A stretch of DNA of 64,000 nucleotides from Setoptus koraiensis (taxonomy: Eukaryota; Animalia; Arthropoda). Numbering within the stretch: position 1 is the stretch's first letter; the number at the start of each line of letters is the position of its first letter. The position numbers and the translations under genes are program-made. The DNA is taken from the NCBI GenBank assembly GCA_048013815.1, contig CM106586.1, positions 17,608,001 to 17,672,000 on the forward strand. Direction: 5' to 3'. The notes under the pieces were generated by a model that ran no database searches, was not told the DNA's origin, and saw only the letters and a program-made list of their open reading frames with translations. Below are positions 11,514-23,103 of this stretch, piece by piece.

Positions 11514-12250
11514 GTGGTAACAGCGCTAATATGGTGATGCAACGGTGAGCCGTTGCATTGAGCCGTTGCCCAATTGCGACCGCTCTGTCGGCGGCAAACA
11601 TATTGACATTAATGTATTTATAGTGAGCACAAATGCATGAATGCAATATCAATCAATCTTGCGCAACCAGCGTCCGTCCACAAACAGCAAATCAGCCAGC
11701 GCCATCTCTAATGTGGCGACACCAGAAACCCAAATGGCCCGGCGTGATTGCGTAACGCGATTGCGTAACATGTTTGCACAACACTGCGCTATTGCATAAT
11801 ATGCAGATGCATTACGCTCAATGAGCATTATGCATGTACAATAATAACGGTAATATTGAGCATATTGAGATTGCGTCGTACCGTTGCCGAAAGCGATTGC
11901 CACAGCGTTATTCAGCTTGCGAGCGACCGCATAATCGCACGACCGCACAACCGCGTAAGTTACGCGGCGCAATCGCGTAGCCGCACAACCGCATTTACCC
12001 GTCAAATCGAGGGCGGTGATACAGTCGACGGGTAAGTGCGGATCCATCGCGTGCCTCCTTTGACGCGCGGCCGGATGACACTTGTTGCGCAATCAAAACA
12101 ACCGCTCATGGGGGCATCATCACCGTCGCTGTCAATTATCCGACACTTGCGCTGCACCGGACTGGCGCCAACTTTTATCAGACCACAGGCAAGCAGCAAA
12201 CGCATCGCTGTGTCACGCGATAATCGCATGAGAAAACTCCCGCCACTAAC

Positions 12251-12348
12251 TGTTGTTGTTGTTGTTGTTGTTGTTGTCGTTGCTGTCGTTGCTGTCGTTG
12301 TTGTCGTTGTCGCTGCCGGTGTTGTCGCTGTCGGTGTTGTCGTTGTTG
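12251..12348. repeat. (GTT/GTC/GCT)n trinucleotide microsatellite
   Basis: Read directly from the sequence. Confidence 0.9.
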
Positions 12349-15300
12349 CGCCACAAACTGTTGCAAGTTGCAACTTGTGCGACTGGCAACTTGTGAGAGT
12401 TGCGGCAAAGTTTGCATTGGACAGCCACGGGCGATGATGAGAAAAGAAGCGACAATTTGTGCGCTCGACAAGGCACGACGACGCGCCGGCTAAATTGAAT
12501 CTCACATAATGTGTGAGAGTCACATTGGCCAATTGACAGAGCGAGCACAAATAAATAACGGCATAATGAGCTCGAATTAGCAACAACAGCGACAGCAATC
12601 GTCGCGCCACTTTCGTTGCGCTGTCCGACAGCGACACTCCGACAGTCGGACAGACAGTCAGACAGACAGTCAGTCGGACAGTGTCCAGCGACAGCCTCAA
12701 CAATGACATGAAAAGCACTGCCAAGCCACCATGACTCACCTGTTCGCTTGCGCAACAGGTGACACATCCTGTTCTGACGGACGGGCCACAGACTGTATGG
12801 CACTCGCATGCGACTCTCGACTCGAGAGTGCCGAGCGACGGACCGTGCTCGTTGTTGCCACTCCGGCCAAATCTGGCCGCCAGAGTCATTCGTGTGCGGG
12901 TATCGTCAGTGGCCTATGAGAACTATGTGACTCATATAATATGAGAACGGCCGGCTGGGGGCGCTTCACGTGCTGCGATTGCACAATAATTGCATATATT
13001 CACAGTTGGATTATTATGCAATTATTGCAGTGCGGAAGTTGTCGGCCGACTGGCCGCGCTGGGTCCGCTTGCTTGGTCGAGGCGGCAGTTCGCTGGGCAC
13101 CGCAGCGCGGTGCCCAACAAATGCGGTGCCCAACAAATGCGGTGCCCAGTAAATGCGGCGCCCGATAAATGGCCGCCAGTGTCGAATAAACAGCAAATGT
13201 TTATATTCGTGTTGCCTGGGCAGTATGCGCAAACGGTCACGCAATCGCCGTTACGATAACAGTGTTACGATAACAGTTGCGTTATCGATTCGATATTGTT
13301 GCGCCCATCCCGTTGACTCGGCCGGGCCGGGCCGGACAGTGTCGCCGGGCGAGCGCAAGTGTTGTTAGTGCCGCTCTGACCGACCAACATGCGGCCATAA
13401 TAATGATAATTAATTAATTAATTAATTATCATTATTGTGCCCAGTGAGCTGGCCGTAGCCTGGTCAGTGCATCACTACGGCACGGTCGGTGTAATGGCGT
13501 AATATAATATATAAATATTATATTTATACTGCCGCACGCACTGACACTGTCAGTGTGACAGCGCACACTGACCGGCGGTTTGTTGTTTATTTGTGGCTGG
13601 CGGACATTAGCGGCGGAGGCACGCGTGCTTGCGTGACGCAACAGCTTGCAATTTGCACTAATTGCAATCTGTCAATCAATGTTTACGCAATCAGTGTTTA
13701 CGCAATCAGTGTTTACACAATCAGTGTGTCTTCCTCACTCGCTGGCCTCTTCAATCCTCTTAAATGTTCATGCGTGAATCACACTGTGATGAATGTCGGC
13801 CGCACGCATCTGACAGCCCGACGGCCGCACTCGGCCGGCAGCCGCACTCGCCCGACGGCCGCGCTCGCTCGGCAGCCGCGTCCGTCTGACAGCCGCGCTC
13901 GTCTGACAGCAACAGCTGACAAATGACAACCAATTGCAACAGCTGACAAATGGCAACAAACAGTTACAAGTGCCAATCAACTGCGAGCAACAACAACAAC
14001 AACAACAGCGGCTACACTCATGACGCAACGCAGCGACGCGGGCCTTGCGATTCGCAAGCTGCCGTCGTGCCAACAGCGAATCATTGTCCGAGCGACGGTC
14101 AGTGTGTTCATATTGCAATAGTGTGTGCGTGTGTGTGTGTGTTCATATTGCAATAGTGTGTGTGTGTGTGTGTGTGTTGTGATTGTGCGTTGTGTCATGC
14201 GGTCGTGTCGGCCGGCTACACATTGCGCAACACAAAACATATGTTATGTAACGTTTGTTATTATTTATTATTATTACATGGCGCTCAATGTGATATGATT
14301 ATTTTGATTATAGTGATTATTGCGTAATGACGGCGATCGTGTTTGCTGTTCGTCCGACAGCAACGCCAACAGCGACAGCGACGCCAACAGCAACGGCACC
14401 GGTAACGGCGACGCCAACGGTAACGGCAACAGTGAAAGGAGGAGCAGCCCGCTCTTGCTCGCCGTCGTTGGCGCTTGACGGTAATACCCTAATAATAGTA
14501 ATGCATACAAACACTTGTGCGAGTGCAAATTGGCCAATCGCAATTGCCGTTCGCCGAACGCGACGCCGGCCGGCTTCTCAGCGACTTCTCAGCGCGAATC
14601 GGCCGGCCAGCCACTTGTCAGTGCGAGCCGGCGAGCCCGCGAATCGAGTTTGCGAATCGAGCCCGCAAATCGGCTTGCAATCGGCCGGCCAGTGGGCCGA
14701 ATGGCGAGCGCAGAAGCTGAAAAGTTATTATCAATCATTGCTAGGTCAATTCCCGGCCATTCACTAATGGCGATCCGCTATTAAATAGACTAAATAGCCC
14801 AAGAAGCCGCCATGCGCTGGCGACTTCTCTATGGGCTTCTCTATTTGTATTCGTTGAGCCCGCGAAGAGCCGGCGAAGAGGAGTCGCCATTACGGCCACT
14901 TATTACGGCATGCATTATCATTGCACACAGCGGCGTTAGTGTTGGCACCGTCGTATGTAAAAATGATGACGATGATTACCAATTCGAGCGAGCCAGCCAG
15001 CCAACCAGTCAGCCGGTCAGCCGGTCAGCGAGCCAGCCAGCGAGAGTGACTGCATAAATTCGCTTTCGAATTCGCATTCGCAGTTGCATCATCATCAGTT
15101 AGCGTTGTTGTCGTTGTTGCTGCTGCTGTTGTTGTTGGCAGTAATGAAATGAATGAATCGAATGAACTTCCAACGGGATCAGCCTCATGAATGGAGCGAG
15201 CCGGCCGAGCATTAGCTCGCATGATTACATAACAATTGATAGCGCAACAGCGCATCGTGTTGTGTTAAACTCTCCAAATGAGCTCAGCAACGGCAAGCGG

Positions 15301-16417
15301 GCTTCTCGTCGGCGTCGCTTCTCTGCCGTCGCTTCTCTGGCGTCGCTGCTCGTTGGCGTCGCTTCTCGCTGCATCGCAAAGCGCGGAATGCTGCTCAGAG
15401 CGGCTCGCCGACAAGTTCTCAGCGAGAACTCGCCGGCGCTCGTTCGAGCAAACTGGAATCGGCCGCTTCGAAGCCGCCGAGAGCACAGGCTGCCCAGAGC
15501 GGACAGCCGCTGCCGGCCACGACAACATGATGAGTTTAAACAAACAAACGGCGAGCTGCAGCCAATGGAGAGTCTAATCAAATAGAGTGAGAGAGAGAGA
15601 GTCTATTATGCGCATTATCATGTGTGCGCCGCCGAGAAGAAGCTCATTAGAGGCATCAATGAAGATCAATTGAGTTCACGAGCGTCCGCCACTCTCTCTC
15701 TCGAGCGGCCGCTGGCAGCCGTCAATTGCGTAATCTGCTGCGATTGCTGGTGTGTGTGGCCGCTATCGCGATGAAACTTGTTGCTCGATGGCCCCAATCG
15801 GCGGCGCAGCGCAAGCCACTCTGGCTAGCGACCAATCCACACTCTGGCCGCCAGAGTCTGGCCGCCACACTCTGGCGGCCACTCCAGTCGCTCGAGTCCG
15901 CTCGCCGGAGTCCAGTCGCCGGAGCACAGTCGCTCGAGTCCGGTCGCTCGAGTCCAGTGGCCACACTCCGGCCACTGGACGCCGATGCAGTCCGGCCAAT
16001 GCATCGCAAACGCTCGGCTACACTGTAAACAAACCGGCCGCGTTTGTTCGCGCTCGGCCGGGCCGAATCTGCGTCAGGCACCGCATCATGCGATTCGCAT
16101 GGCATTATTTAAATTACCTCGCAGGCTGCAACTTGCAGCCAAATTAGCGATTCCTCGCCAGGCTCGGCCGGGCCGCATCACCACCGGCCATCATCGTCGG
16201 GCATCATCGTCGGGCATCATCACCGGCCATCATCGTCGGGCATCTGCGCCGGCCGTCAGCGCCGCCCGTCACCACCGGGCATCGCGGCCAGCTGGCCCGC
16301 TGGCCCGCTAGCTTGCCATTTTTGCATGTGCGCCCGGCATGCAAAGATGCAAAAATATCGCGCCATGAGCATGTACGAATCAATATTTGCTCGCCGGCCA
16401 GCTCGCCGAGCCGCTCT

Positions 16418-16556
16418 GAACTCGAGCTCCGAACTCGGGCTTCGAGCTCCGAATTCGAGCTTCGAATTTTAGCTTCGAATTCGAGCTCCGAATCTTAGCT
16501 TCGAACTCGAGCTTCGAAATTCGAAATTCGAATCCGAGCTTCGAATTCGAAATTCA
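16418..16556. repeat. Degenerate approximately 13-bp repeat of interlocking palindromes (TTCGAA, GAATTC, GAGCTC, CTCGAG)
   Basis: At least seven TTCGAA in about 100 bp; 12-bp palindrome TTCGAATTCGAA at 16540. Confidence 0.85.
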
Positions 16557-17065
16557 AAGCGACGCTCGTCTCGGCGCTGACGCTCGTCTTCGTCAGCACA
16601 GAGCTGCTGCCGGCGAGCTCCTCTCGGCGCCACTGGACTCCAGTGACTGGACTCCAGTGACTGGAGACTTTAATGGTCACGATAAGTGATAGAGAGATAA
16701 GCAAACATAAGAGAGTTTTTACGAGAGAGATTACGCAACCGCGGCTCGCTCATTGCGCTCGTAATGAGTGCCAATGAGCGCAAATAAGTGAGAGTGGACA
16801 CACACACACACACTCGTAAACAGATTACGTGGGTGGCGGCGACGACGACCAGTGACGCGCAAATGCGCTTTTTGCGGCAACACCGACAGCAACACCGACG
16901 ACCAGCGACGCCAGCGCCGTCTACGTCACTACCTGTTGCTATCGGCGCGACAGGTGATGATGGCCGGCCGGTGAGCGGCGCAACGCACGCCAGCGCCGGC
17001 CAGATCGCGGAGCCGCCGAGCGCCTCTCGAATTCTTTGCGCCATTCTCTGTGCGATTCGTTGCGC

Positions 17066-17164
17066 GATTCTCTGTGATTCTCAGCGATTCTCAGTGATTC
17101 TCAGTGATTCTCAGTGATTCTCTGTGACTCTCAGTGATTCGCTGTGACTCTCTGTGATTCTCTG
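17066..17164. repeat. 10-bp tandem repeat GATTCTCAGT, about 10 copies
   Basis: Clear 10-bp periodicity in the sequence. Confidence 0.9.
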
Positions 17165-17510
17165 CGCGATTCTTTGGGCGATTTGTGGATTTTTCAGCCA
17201 AAAAATGGGCCAAAAAAGGCGCGAGCGCCGCAATTTCGCCAGCGTTGCCATGAACACGAAATGCGCTCAACGACGGAAGCGCCCCCATTTCGCACAACCG
17301 TCGCCATTTATACGCTCAATTGAGCGGCGAATTCTGTCCAGACACATGACACAGCCGCTGGTGATGATGCAGTTGCGTAATGTTGCTCGCCTGTCGTCCA
17401 GTGGCCGGCTTATTGCGAGCGCTCGCCATCTGCCGGCGGGCCCGGACAACACTGACGGCGAGCGAGTGACGGCGGTGACTGACCGAGCCTCCGGCAAAAA
17501 CCGCCTGCCA

Positions 17511-17596
17511 GCTCTGTACGGCTCTGTACGGCTCTGTACGGCTCTGTACGACTCTGAACGGCTCTGCAAGGCTCTGCAAGGCTCTGCAAGGCTCTG
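17511..17596. repeat. 10-bp tandem repeat GCTCTGTACG/GCTCTGCAAG, about 8.5 copies
   Basis: Clear 10-bp periodicity with the variant switching along the array. Confidence 0.9.
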
Positions 17597-18391
17597 TGTA
17601 CAACGGGCAACGCAAGGCGACCGGCCACTGGCTGGTGCGATATGAGTTAATGATAATTACCTGTTATTGTTGCTGTGGCGCTGCCATTAAGCGACGGCAA
17701 CAATTTGCAACAATGCCATTTCACACCCACTTATGCTAATGAGCGCCGCTCATTGTGTGGGTTTGGCGAGCTGGCTGCGAGCGGCCAGCTCGCCAGACCG
17801 GCTTGCCAGCGTGAGTGAGATATGGAGCGCGCGGCAACAGTTGGCCAGACGGCCAGACTCTGGCCGCCAGACGCAATTAGGAAGCGAATGAATTCCTTCT
17901 AATTTGGCCAACGGCCGGCAAACAGGCTCAAACGGCTCGGCCGAACCGATGGCTGGCCGGCCGGAGAAGCCATCGAAGCCGGCGAGATCGCAGTGGCGCG
18001 CGCCAGGGCCTTGGCGAAGCGCCGCTAATGACGCATCGCGCCGGCACTCGTTGTCCGGCCAATTGGGCCGCCGGGCCGGCCCAAGCGGCCGTCGTCGAGT
18101 CGTTCCTACGACAACAATGTGCACACACACTCAACGACTCATTACCTGTTTGCTTTGTCCATCTGGCCAGCCACTGGTCAGCGGACAGAGCGAGCGACGG
18201 GCCACGGCGAAAGTGGCCGTCACTTTTGTTGCCGCTTTATGTAAATTTCATCACCTTCGCCGGCCGGCCGAGCGCCGCCTCGCTCGCTCTGTCCGCGGGC
18301 CAGTCAGTCGCATTCGAAGGGCCGCCGCAACGCAGTGTCGGGCTGTTTCGTCCGACGGCCGCACTCTGGATTCCAGAGCCTGGAATGCTCT

Positions 18392-18500
18392 TCGAAGAGC
18401 CTTCGCAGAGCCCTAAAGAAGCCTTAGAGCAGCCGTAGAGCAGCCGCGGAGAAGCCATAAAGAAGCCTTAAAGAAGCCCTAAAGAAGCCGTAAAGAAGCC
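18392..18500. repeat. 11-bp tandem repeat TAAAGAAGCCN, about 9 degenerate copies
   Basis: Read directly; preceded by the 14-bp palindrome GCTCTTCGAAGAGC at 18387-18400. Confidence 0.8.
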
Positions 18501-20888
18501 GGCCATATTCGGCCGGCGCGGCCAGCTACGGGCACTTCCTGTACGCTGTTCCTGGTGCCCTACTAATGCCACAATAGTGCACACACTGGCACTAATATGG
18601 CATTAGCGATGAGCGTCATGCCAAGTACATTACAAAGCCCATTACGTCATTACAAAGCGAGCCAGCGAAAGTGGCGCGCATCGGGCGCCCGTTGGGCACT
18701 CAGTGAATTCAATTGAAGGCAACTGCGCTAATTAAAACAATCAACTCTCAACCAAATTCCAATTCGAACTGCTGCAAGATGCCGAAAGAATTCATTACAT
18801 TGTGTGCTCGCGAACGTTCCTTATTACACATTGTTACATTGTTGCCCAGCTTGGCTCACGTCGCTTTGTTGCGTCATCTCGTCTTGCTCGTTTTGTTTGC
18901 ATTATGTCGGCCTGTCCCGTCCCGTTCCGTTTCGTCCGATCTGCTTTGGCGTTTCTTTTGTAGCAAAAGTTTTCTTGTTTGTCGGCGTCGCAACTCTCAG
19001 CGAGACCCGTTGCTCGGCTCGCCAGAGCGGCCGCCGCCCGGCTCGCCGGGCTGCCGTGTCTCGCTGCGTTATTTTGCAAATATCTTGCCAGGCGGCGACA
19101 AGCGGCCGTTAATAGACGTTAATTGTTGATTTTACGTCATGCCTGGCTCGCTGGCTGCGCCGCTCGGCCCGGCTGAGCCGGCTCAACTCGAAATCGCCGG
19201 CTCGGAGTCGCCGGCCGGCTCAAGTCACGGCCCAAATATCAAGTCGGCGCTATCAAATCGGAAAATCGGCGCGAATCGGCCCGACGATCCAAAGTCCCAA
19301 ACAAACTCAAGTGCACAAAAGCAAACACAATGGCCAGCCCGGCGCTGAATGGCGCGCCGCCCGATCCGCTTTGATTTGCATACAAATCCAATCAATTTCG
19401 AGTGTGTGTGTGCGTCCCGTCTCGCTGCCACAATCGCCGGCCCGGCCGCATCGCCTCGCCAAACAATGCCCGCAACAACAACAACGACACCGACAACAGC
19501 AGCGACAACAACAACGGCAAACGGCACAATTTCATGGCTCGTCAGTCGCCATTATTGACCGTTCGATTAACGGCGAGCCATGCCAACGCCGAATTGTGCT
19601 CGCTATCAGACGCTATCAGACGGTATATTCATATTTATTGATTTCCGACCGGCGATTAACACAAAGCAAGCATTGAGCGCCACAGTTCCGACTCACAACA
19701 CATTGGCCATTGTTCGGCTGCCGGACGGCCGAGAGCCCCCCGTCTCGGCACTATCACAGCAGATTAACACAGCAGATCGCGCTCGACGGGAAGCTTCATT
19801 TGACCGGAAGTGGCCGCTCGCATCAGCTGTTGGCGCCGCGCGAGCAACTTGCGACGGGTGTTGCGAATTCCGCAGCTGCGAAGCGACCACACGTGACACC
19901 GGTCGGCACCGGACACGGGACCGCACCAACAGCTACCGCCCGGACAGTCTCGACAATCCGGACACTTGTCCACAACATGTCGGGCATTTGTCGGGCATTT
20001 GTCGGGCGCTAGTCGGGCGCTCGTCGGGTGCTCGTCGGGAGGATTTGTGTGAAACTGACGGAAATCTGTGGCATCGGTCGCAAATCGGTCACTGCGCGCA
20101 CCCACAGCGCGGCCCGACGGCTAGCCCACTCGAGGGTGGCCGGCCCGGCGGCGTCGGCACCCCAGGCCGGCGCGGTGATTTTCACGAGTTGGCAGCCAAT
20201 TAATGGTTAATAATTCATTGGCTGGCCGGATTGGCGGCGCTGGCGGTGTTTATATTTATGCGCTTGCCAGAGGGCGAGAGTTGACGCGCTCGTGCGCCGC
20301 GCCGCGCGTATATTTATGGCGATATCATTATATAAATATATTCAGTTGGCAGTGTTTGCTGGCTCAGGCGATTGGCTCCAATTGGCCGATCTCAGCCAAT
20401 CGAAGCCGAACGGAGCCGAACGGAGCCGAACGGGACCGATCGAAGCTCAACTGGCCGTGGGCAAGCGGACAGATATTTGAATGGGTGCAATGGCATCTGG
20501 ACAAACAGATACAAATAGTTGGTTGGGCTGTCAATGGGCAGCTCGGCAAGCAACAGGTGAGAGTGAGATTGGAGCCAGGCGATAAGAATAATCTGATCTA
20601 GACTTGGGCAGCGTTATGTCGGCATTATACATTGAGCACACATAAATACATATAACTTATCGCTTATGGCGAGCGGGCGGACAGTAACTCGAGTTGACCA
20701 TTGCAACCATTAACATATCATGTCCATCATTACCATTGGCGTGCATTACGCAACTGCCACTATTAGTGTGTTAGCGTTAGTGTTGTTTGTCAGTTAATAG
20801 TGGACAGATCGCTGCTGGACAGTCGCCCAGTTGGCCAATCGTTACGTAATGGTCGTAACTATTGAGAGCGCTCGCTGCCTAAGCGATG

Positions 20889-21018
20889 CCTTAGCGCGGC
20901 CTTAGCGCGGCCTTAGCGAGATACCTTGGCGAGATGCCTTGGCGAGAGCGAGACAGAGATACCTTGGCGAGAGAGTGAGAGCGAGACAGAGATGCCTTGG
21001 CGAGAGAGTGAGAGCGAG
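20889..21018. repeat. Compound repeat CCTTAGCGCGG / CCTTGGCGAGA(G) with GA-rich spacers
   Basis: Read directly from the sequence. Confidence 0.8.
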
Positions 21019-22535
21019 AGTAAAACAAGAACAATTAATCATAGCGATATAGTGCCGGCTGATGCTGAAAAATGTGCCCAACAAGCGCAATAAGGCAACG
21101 CCAATTTATCAGCATTCCAGCAACAAACGCATAGCCAGCCAGAGAGGAATAAATTTGCGTCTCAGTTGATAATATTATTATTTATTACGGCCGGCCGGTT
21201 GTTTTATTGCTCTGGCCGGTTGCGAGCCCACTGTCGACGGCGACCGTCCGACAGCGACCGTCCGGCAGCGACCGTCCGGCTGTCCGACCGTCCGACCGTC
21301 CGACCGCCCGACAGCCGCTGCCGAGACTCGGGACGCGTCACGTCCGCCGATTGTGGCCAGCCCGTCGGACTCGGCTCACCTTCGCCAATGGTCAAACAGA
21401 AGCAGATATCGTTGCCCAGCAACGTCGCCCTCGTCGCGCTGTCCGTACCACATAATGCGCATGATATTGCGCAATGCCGCGCTGATTGGCTCGCCGAGCC
21501 TCGGTTCGTCTCGCTCGCTTGTTTGTTCGCCTGCCCGTTTGCTTGTTTACGTGTTCGCGAGTGACCCTCAATAAATTAATTTGCCAATTTGCTGGCCGAG
21601 CGGTCGCTGTTGTTGTCGCGACTCGCGACGACCGCGTTTGCTGTCCGTGTTTCGCACTCTGGCTCGCCGCCCTTTCGCCCCCTCGGCGTCGCCGGCCCAG
21701 CCAGCAAACGGCCAATCATCGAGCACCGCTCGCCAATGGTCAATTGTTGATTTTGGACCGTCGATTGGGCCGGCGCACCGATCGGCAGCTACGCGAGCCA
21801 ACAACTGGCGCCCAATTATCTCTGGCGAGACCTATCGATTTCATGCCACCAGCGGCGGCATATCATTGCCAAATAACTTTATATGGCAAATAACGTTATA
21901 TGGCCAATAATGTTATTTGCCGATATCGCGCGGCGCGCAATATCGGCCACATCCGGCCAGTCAGCGAACGGTGCGCCCGACAGATCAGCTGACGGCCACT
22001 GGGTGCGCGGTGCGGGCCGCTAAAATTGGCCCAGCAAACACGCCGATTCGAATCAGATGATCTGATCGATCAACTTGGGCCGCTGCCGGTCGCCGTCGGC
22101 GGGCCGGCCGGCCCGCCACTGGCCAGCAAACTGGATCATTGCGTCACCAGCAACAATAATACGCCACTGCTCGTCTCAATAACGTTGCGAGTCGGCGAGT
22201 CGGCGAGTTTCGGCGGCGCCAGCGCCCACCGCTACCTGTATCGGCCGATACTGGCCAATGTTGCGCGCAGATATTGGCAGCCGATGGTCGCGAGCGAGCG
22301 ATATTTGCAGCCGATACTGGCAGCCGATACCGACGGCGGCCAGATTATTTCGGTCAGTGCTACCGATCGGGAGATTCACTCGCCGCCAACGAGCCACCGG
22401 CCAGTAGCCGAGGTGAGAGCGAGCCGGCGAGAGTGACCGATTTAATTGGCGTCGGCGCTGGCCAGATAACGGGGTCAATGTAATTACATGTTACAAACGC
22501 AGGCTGCCGTTGTCAATAGTAACATGTATTGGTCG

Positions 22536-22602
22536 CCGTTGTTGCTGTTGTTGTTGCTGTTGTTGTTGCTGTTGTTGTTGCTGTTGCTGCCGTTGCCGTT
22601 GT
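22536..22602. repeat. (GTTGTTGTTGCT)n-type microsatellite
   Basis: Read directly from the sequence. Confidence 0.9.
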
Positions 22603-22833
22603 TTGGCCCTAAGGGCGCTAGCAACGATTTTCGCTGCTCCCTAATAATGTAAAACTAATGTATATTAGTGAAACTTTCGACACTTAATATCAAATAATAA
22701 ATCATGCGCTCCACTTAAGCCGCTCCGCTCGGCCCGATACGGCCGTCGGTGTTGCAAGCGTGATCATCATCATACTAGTATCATTACTGGCAGCGGCGAT
22801 AGCATGATCATCATCATCAGTGCCGTTATGGCG

Positions 22834-23039
22834 TGTTGTTGTTGTTGTTGCCGTTGCTGCTATTGCTGTTGTTGCTGCTGTTGTTGTTGCTGTTGTTGCT
22901 GCTGTTGTTGCTGCTGGCAGCGCACGGCTCACATAACGGCATCGCCAGTCAGTGTTTGTTGTTTACAATGGCAATGGCAACGGATGGCGACGCCAATTAA
23001 GCAGTTGCAAGCTTGCCACTAGCAGCAACAACAACAACG

Positions 23040-23079
<40 letters not shown>

Positions 23080-23103
23080 CGACAACGACAACAACAACGA
23101 CAA
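22834..23103. repeat. Opposed trinucleotide tracts, (GTT/GCT)n at 22834-22916 and (AAC/GAC)n at 23021-23103, able to fold back on each other
   Basis: Two 83-nt tracts in opposite orientation separated by 104 nt. Confidence 0.85.

Noticed and set aside
16418-16556. Heat-shock element cluster
   Set aside because: GAA/TTC units are separated by 0-1 nt, not the 2 nt required for nGAAnnTTCn arrays.
19751-19772. miR-2/13-like seed TATCACAGC
   Set aside because: The 3' part does not match the family and the upstream sequence does not form a convincing pre-miRNA stem.
21362-21455. RRTRLTF..Q peptide resembling a homeodomain N-terminal arm
   Set aside because: Helix-1 hydrophobic residues are absent, the frame stops shortly after, and no WFQN helix is found nearby.
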